Shown: piece after piece, positions 57,499 through 64,000 of the stretch
Layout: every line of letters begins with the position of its first letter
Position numbering within the stretch: position 1 is the stretch's first letter
NCBI GenBank assembly: GCA_012295275.1
Contig: CM022671.1
Span: forward strand, 22,320,001 to 22,384,000
Source: Chrysomallon squamiferum
Lineage: Eukaryota > Animalia > Mollusca
DNA: 64,000 nt
Reading direction: 5' to 3'
Position numbers and translations under genes: made by a program
Notes under the pieces: generated by a model
The model's database searches: none
Seen by the model: the letters and a program-made list of their open reading frames with translations, nothing else
What the model was told of the DNA's origin: nothing

Positions 57499-59451
57499 TA
57501 GTAAAACGAAAAAGGTTCTGTTGGATGCGAGAATGTTTGGATTATTAAGTGATGTCAGTCTTGTCAGTTAAATACTCAAATAATCACATCATCTGAAATT
57601 TTATTATTATTTTGTTTTTGTTTTTGTATACACAACAAACACGTGTCTACAACACACAAAGGCAAACACACATATAATGCTTCACATTAAAACGTTCCGT
57701 TACACATTACAGTAACAGTCTGAAGATTTAAAAAAATAAAAACAATTGAATTACACTATTAGTGGACCGTCCTTATTTGTCCAGTGAGTACGAAACATAT
57801 TTATTTTATTTTATCTTAACATCTAATATTTAATAAATAAAATAGATTTTTTTCCATCATGTCATCCCTAAAATTCTCCTTCCTTTTTGTTCTTACGTCA
57901 CGATATGTCGAATTATCATCCATCCGTCTGTCCGTCATTCCAACCACCCTACACTGATAATATTATAGAAGTTCCAGAATTCAGAACCGTCTTACGTCAG
58001 TAAATCTAATCGTCCATCAACCAGTGTTCGTGCGTCCATCTGTCCATCTTTTCCTCTGAGTGTCATGTTCGATAATCCCCAGGCTGTCTAAATGTACTTA
58101 CATCGATCTGTGCCTCCTGATAATTTTTTCATAAAATTATTCGTTAGCCGAATCTTAATGTTGCACAAGAGGCATTCCATACAATTGCATCCATACAATT
58201 GCATACAGAAATCGAAATCTTATTGTACAGTATATAAAATTTCAGTTCCAAAAATATCATTTAGTATTAAAATCGTAATTTTACACCAATAAAACTTCAT
58301 ACGATTTTAAACATTTTATTTATATAATTAATTTTTTTTTTTTTTTTTATAATTACATATGAATGTAAAGAACATAGAAAACAAAATCTGGAAGTAAGGA
58401 AAATAATGTTTATAAAAAAGAAATAAAAAAAAAGACAACAGCAATAAAAAGAATCACTACCCCATCACCCCTTCTCCAAACAAAACAGAAGAAAGAAAGA
58501 AAAGGAAAAAAAAAAGGAGGGAACCCTGTTTTTGTCATAACGCTGCTTTGTCATTACAAACGTCTTTGATGCAATCTCCTTTAATTTTTTAAAAATAAAA
58601 ACCACTTCACAAAGATGTTTAGGTTGAAACATAGAAATAAAAACGTGTTTTTATTGTGTTCGCTTTTTACAACAAACAAAAAGAGAAGAGACTGACGGGG
58701 CGTTAAGTTCTTTTTTTTTTTTTTTTTTTTTTTCAAAAAATGAAGAAGAAAGAAACGGGAAAAGTAGCGACAAACAAAAACCTTTCGTTTTTATTACACT
58801 TTAAATATACAGCGTGCATGCACACTCTATCTTCTCGGTACAAACTTGTCAAAAAAGAAATGTAAAAATATATTTTATATATGTTGTCTGTTTGTCGGGT
58901 GGGTTAATTCTAGCCCTAGACCTGTTAGATGTAAAACACAGTAATGGCGTCAAAAGATCGGCCTTTGACAAAAGGACGCAACACGTAAATCTAATTCAAA
59001 GTGATGGAAGCGTTGTCACACTTTTCATCTTTAAATGTTACTTTGCTGTCGCTGGTTTTTGGAGGGTGGATGGGCGGTAACGAAAATAACCTCTTGAACT
59101 AAACCGAAGTTTGGTCCTAGCTTACGAAAATTCCAGTTAAAATTTGTGTGTTTTAGAAATTTTCCATAACAAAAAGCAAAAAAACACTCTAAATGTTGAT
59201 ATTATTTATGAATTTGTTAAATTATTTCTTAAATATTCTTTTCCAAATAGCAGAAACTGAATTTTAAAAATTGTTTTTAAATTTTAATTATAATTTTTGG
59301 CTCCAGAAAAGCATTTCCAGATTTATTTCAAACTTTTAATTTATTTTTTCAATAGTATGTAATTTTAAAATTTTGTTTTTGTAAAATGTCTTCTCTTAAA
59401 AGGTTGATATAAAATTTATTTTCTTAAATGTGAATAAAGTTGATCTGAAGT

Positions 59452-59600
59452 GTATGTATGTATGTAGGTATGTACGTGTATGTATGTATGTATGTATGTA
59501 TGTACGTACGTACGTATGTATGTATGTATGTATGTATGTATGTATGTATGTATGTATGTATGTATGTATGTATGTATGTATGTATGTATCTATGTATGTA
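59452..59600. repeat. (TATG)n microsatellite
   Basis: Direct reading. Confidence 0.95.
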
Positions 59601-59649
59601 GGTAGGTAGATACAAAGAACACAGCAATAACAAACAAAAAATCCGCGAT

Positions 59650-61902
59650 GCATGCCTAGGTCTAGCCCATACATTATGCATGTCACTGAATTGCTTCGAT
59701 GATGCACAATGGAAAATATAATAATGCTGAATTACAGTTTCTCATCTGCTGAATGGAGTTCATGGGGTGCGGAATACCCCCACGACGAGAACCTCTACGT
59801 TTTGTTTCAATAATTCAATACAGAGAGGCTTAACACGCTCGCACAGCAAAATGAACACCTTTGGCTCCAAGCTGTGTAACATGTGACTGGTTATTATGCT
59901 GTGATTACAAATTATATACAGTTTATACTTGTACTTTAATATTGTCATTATTATATTTTTGTTGTTGTGTTAATTCAACTATTTTTATGTTATTTAAAAA
60001 AAAATTGTCAGAGTGAACATTTGTTGGAGAAAGAGTTGTAATTAACAGAGACAGACAAACAGAGGGATACAGACAGACAGATATGTTATCTAGGTTCCAC
60101 CCCAGGTACAAAAAAAATTGAAAATAGCAGAAACATACAAAAAAGCCATTCTATATATGAATTAGTAATAGTGCTAGTAATAATATGAAAAAAGTGCACA
60201 CAGATTTTTATATCTTTAAAAAACAAAACAAAACAACAACAACAACAACAACAACAACAAACGAACAAGTAAATCAATACATTAAAAAGATATTTTTTTA
60301 AATGCAGGAGGCATTTTATAACATCTGTAATATTGCATCGAAAAACAACAGATTTTTCAAATTGTATAGATTCAAACATAATTTAGGAAAAAAAAAGATA
60401 TTTTACTTAATTTAAAAAAAAATTTTGGGGAATAAGATTTGGTAAAAACGTTTTGTCCTTTTACAACAGAGACAAGACAAAAGAATAACATACATTTGTT
60501 TTTAATCCGATAATCTCATAGTCTCGTTTCCTGTTTCTAATTTCCTCATATATCTGCCACTCTGATTGTTGAATCAATCATTTACTTGTTATAATACAAC
60601 TATAAAAAAAACACGTACAGAAATCACAATACACTGAACACATCTGACTATCGGGGAGGGGAAAAAAGCCTCAGGAAAAGCAATATGGCCGCTTAGGCGA
60701 ATTCCTAACTGACACGATTATTGGCATTATCTGAAAATGAAATGTGTCCACTAATTAAATACAACCTTAGTAATTGGTATGTTACAACGGCGACGACGTT
60801 GTCAACCACCGTCACAAACGTGACGAAGATCAATTTATCCAGAGAAAAACAATGAGAGGTGCGGATATGTCTTAATATTTAAGTATCAGTCACCGATGAC
60901 AAGAATGGACGCCTTGAGGAAGAGCTCCGGGCAAGGGAGATAATCGAAACACCTCACCGCTACAAAAGATCTTTGGAAACAGATAGATGTCGTGTTAGAT
61001 GTTACAAAACAAATAGGACAACATCCTTTAAATAAATTGCTTGATTGGGAAATTATATTGATGGTTATTTACGACCTCAGGGTTTTCAGCCTGTAACGTT
61101 CACAACTGAAAGATGAAGAGCGATGAGTTACGAAACTACGTAAGAAATCTATTTGGATACTTTTGCTTTCGACAAGGCCTAGTTAGTATACACCGTGAAT
61201 GTTGACTTGCTTTTTAAAACATATATGTGAATGATATTTTATTGACGGTTTATTTAAATGATCTCTTACACAATGGCTCCTTATATTTCAATGTTTCTAT
61301 TCTTCCAGTGAAAGAACTAGTTGTGTTATTCGTAATTAACCTCTCCGTAGTGTATAACCTCTCTATTTTTATATGCATATTACTAAACGCTATACGCATC
61401 AATAGCTCTAAGGAATGTTTTATCTGAATGTTTCGAAAGACATGAAAATACCAGCCTCTGATAAGCAATAACGGACTCTAGTTGAAATTGGAAATAAGCG
61501 AGCACATTAAGAAGGTTTGAACCTGCTTTCTGTATATCTCTAGCCAGCGTTCTAAACTCCGAATGCACACAGCAATATAACGATTATGGGAGTTTGGTCT
61601 ATTTTTTACGTTGTGTAATGCTGGTATAAGCAGACAAATAATTTGGTAATTTTATGAAAGTCGTTATAGAAAGAAGTAAGTGGGTACGCTAACTAATAAA
61701 TATAGAAAAATAATCCGCCAACACCGTCCAAAAAAAACAAAACAAACCCAAAACAAATAAATATAAATGAATGAGAATGACAGAAGGAAATAAAGGGGAG
61801 AGGGCGAGAGAACAGAGAGAGAGAAAAAGAGAGAGAGAAAGAGCAGAGAAAGGGAGTGATCAGAAAGAGATGGTGGAGAGAACTGAGAAAGTGGAGAGAA
61901 TG

Positions 61903-61990
<88 letters not shown>

Positions 61991-63200
61991 CTCTTGGTGC
62001 TCCTTGTCCTGTGTCCTACAGACGATGTAAGACTATACGAGGACAACGACAGCGACAACGACAACCGAGATGAAGCTGACGGGACAATAGAAAGGTGTTA
62101 CTCAAGGCGTCGTCAGTCAGACAGAGAAAATAATACTGACGTCTGGCTGGAATGCCAACGGTAAAATAAATGTTATAATCACGTATATTGAGAATCGCAT
62201 GACTAAACGATCACTGAGAGATATTAAGTACATTAACACAGCTTTTCAGATGATGAAATATGATATTAGTTGCATTGCTGTAGTTATGCAACTGCGTTAC
62301 TCTAGTTATGCATAGAGCGACATCAAATATCTGAAGCATTTTCCTTCAGCAATATTAAGTATCATGTTTATTACACGAATTCCGAATCTTATATATCAAC
62401 GAGTTAAGCAAAAGCTTGAACTTTTGTATTCGGATGGAAAATTTTCTTGTACGGCATTTAATGCTATTTTCCCAAGTGTGATGTCTTTTGCCCTAAAGTC
62501 AAAAATCTGAACAGCCCCTGTCATCTTAAACAGACACACATTATGAATATCTTCGGTTTTCAACAAGATGTCAAAAATGTACAAAGATTCACGTCTTCGC
62601 GGGGGTATTTAGGCACTGAATAAACAAACACTGATACATTTTGACGTTTCTGTTTTGAAAAATATAAAAAATAATAACCGCAAAAGCCAACAGCCATGAT
62701 GACAATAACGACAAAGCGAACTGCAAACACCACGACGACGACACAATATCGGAAAACAGCAGAAAGCGAGACGCAAATACGGGAACAATCTCCATCATGC
62801 TGTTCCCGTGTTGTGATTTCCGAGCCGGGGTCTTGTGTCGACAAACAAGCTCGTTACAAAAGGTCTCGGCAGGATCCACCGACTTCCCAGCCCCCTTCTA
62901 CAGTTACTACAATACGAGCGTAATTGCGCTCAATACGAAATTTGTTACTTTTCAGACAGGACAACAAAAGTACGTATTGGGGGTTTCCTCGGCGCTGGGG
63001 ACTTCAACTCGCCTGTCACGAACGTCGAGATAAGCGAGGAGACAATCGACTGTCGAGATGTTCCCGTGGTTAAGCGTATCGTTTTACAGTTCCAACAAGT
63101 CTGTCAAAAACTCGTGGATCAAATGGGTGGACGATTTAAACTGTTTGACACGAAAATTGCCCAGTACCGAGTAACACCATTTAGTCTAGATGTTCTGGCA
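59650..63200 (-). pseudogene. Probable highly eroded leucine-rich-repeat protein gene fragments
   Basis: Minus-strand translations interrupted by stops show LRR-like spacing: NMILNIAEGKCFRYLMSL and IITFILPLAFQPDVSI (about 62100-62370), IAFSNMHIKIERLYTTERLITNNTTSSFTGRIETL (61250-61468), LHSLEPKVFILLCERVKPLCIELLKQNVEVLVVGVF (59760-59880). Recognised by eye only. Confidence 0.35.
61765..61987 (+). repeat. Left arm of inverted repeat (144 bp complex purine-rich sequence plus (GA)n)
   Basis: 61765-61908 is the reverse complement of 63472-63615 with one visible mismatch (C vs G at 61781); ORFs 61771+ and 63609- translate almost identically. Confidence 0.93.
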
Positions 63201-63362
63201 GGGAAAACAAACAAGAAGTAGTAGTATATTCCTAAATATATTTGTGTTCATGTTATTTGTGCTCTGTTTGTTCAGCGAATCTCTCAGTGACTCCATACCT
63301 ATCTTACTACCTCTCTATCTCTCTCTCGCTCTATCTCAATCTCTCTGTTCTCTCCACTCTCT

Positions 63363-63615
<253 letters not shown>

Positions 63616-64000
63616 TATGTAACTCTCTCTATTTTTATTGCAGTGTACAAAAAGAAGAAAAAGAATAGTTGAAACAAAGAAGAAAAGGTAATGTCTTTAT
63701 CTCAGACAATACACGTCAGTTAAAACAATAGATTATGTTTTTTAAATTGTTATTATTACTATTTATATTCGTATTTAAAAATAAAAATAATTTACACACA
63801 CACACACACACTGAAAGTTTAAGACATCTAGGGTATATTCTTATTCTAAGCAATTCTAAGCAAAGATCTAAGAAGTAAAAAGAAAAAAAAAAATCAAGCA
63901 AATAAAACAGACAACAAAGGGACTACTCAGAGACTAATGATTTTACGATGACAAAAAGATCGGAGACCAAATGGGTGCCGTGCACCCCACGCAAGGTTAT

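Noticed and set aside
62396-62584. TIR-domain-like reading of the minus-strand ORF
   Set aside because: Box 1 (YDAFxSY) and the WCxxE motif are absent; an LRR reading fits the continuing frame better.
62835-63221. 128-aa + strand ORF with a faint kinase-like look (KVRIGGFLGAG)
   Set aside because: No HRD/DFG/APE motifs, and its acceptor phase is incompatible with the putative upstream exon; it may be the antisense shadow of decayed coding sequence.

Overview
Eukaryotic (animal) genomic DNA that is very AT-rich and dense in microsatellites; the protein style suggests an invertebrate, possibly a mollusc (taxon not determinable). The only well-supported gene is a five-coding-exon T-box transcription factor of the Tbx2/3 (optomotor-blind) family on the + strand. 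Its CDS joins 43790-44124, 48824-49091, 51601-51747, 52730-52803 and 53099-54023 (1749 nt, 582 aa, all introns GT-AG and phase-compatible), behind a CCAAT/TATA/Inr promoter. The 43 kb upstream has no credible gene. It is organised as roughly 30 CpG-rich, motif-dense islands of about 0.3-0.9 kb spaced about 1-2 kb apart. Most islands have A-strand simple repeats on their left and the reverse-complement T-strand repeats on their right, a mirror-symmetric skew that is the most striking unexplained pattern here. Other observations: a strong CTCF-like motif at 17000, a candidate in-frame 45-nt cassette exon inside the T-box, a candidate 3'UTR intron, a near-perfect 144-bp inverted duplication at 61.8/63.5 kb, and probable eroded leucine-rich-repeat coding sequence on the - strand at 59.6-63.2 kb. 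Almost all other ORFs in the supplied track are microsatellite translations.
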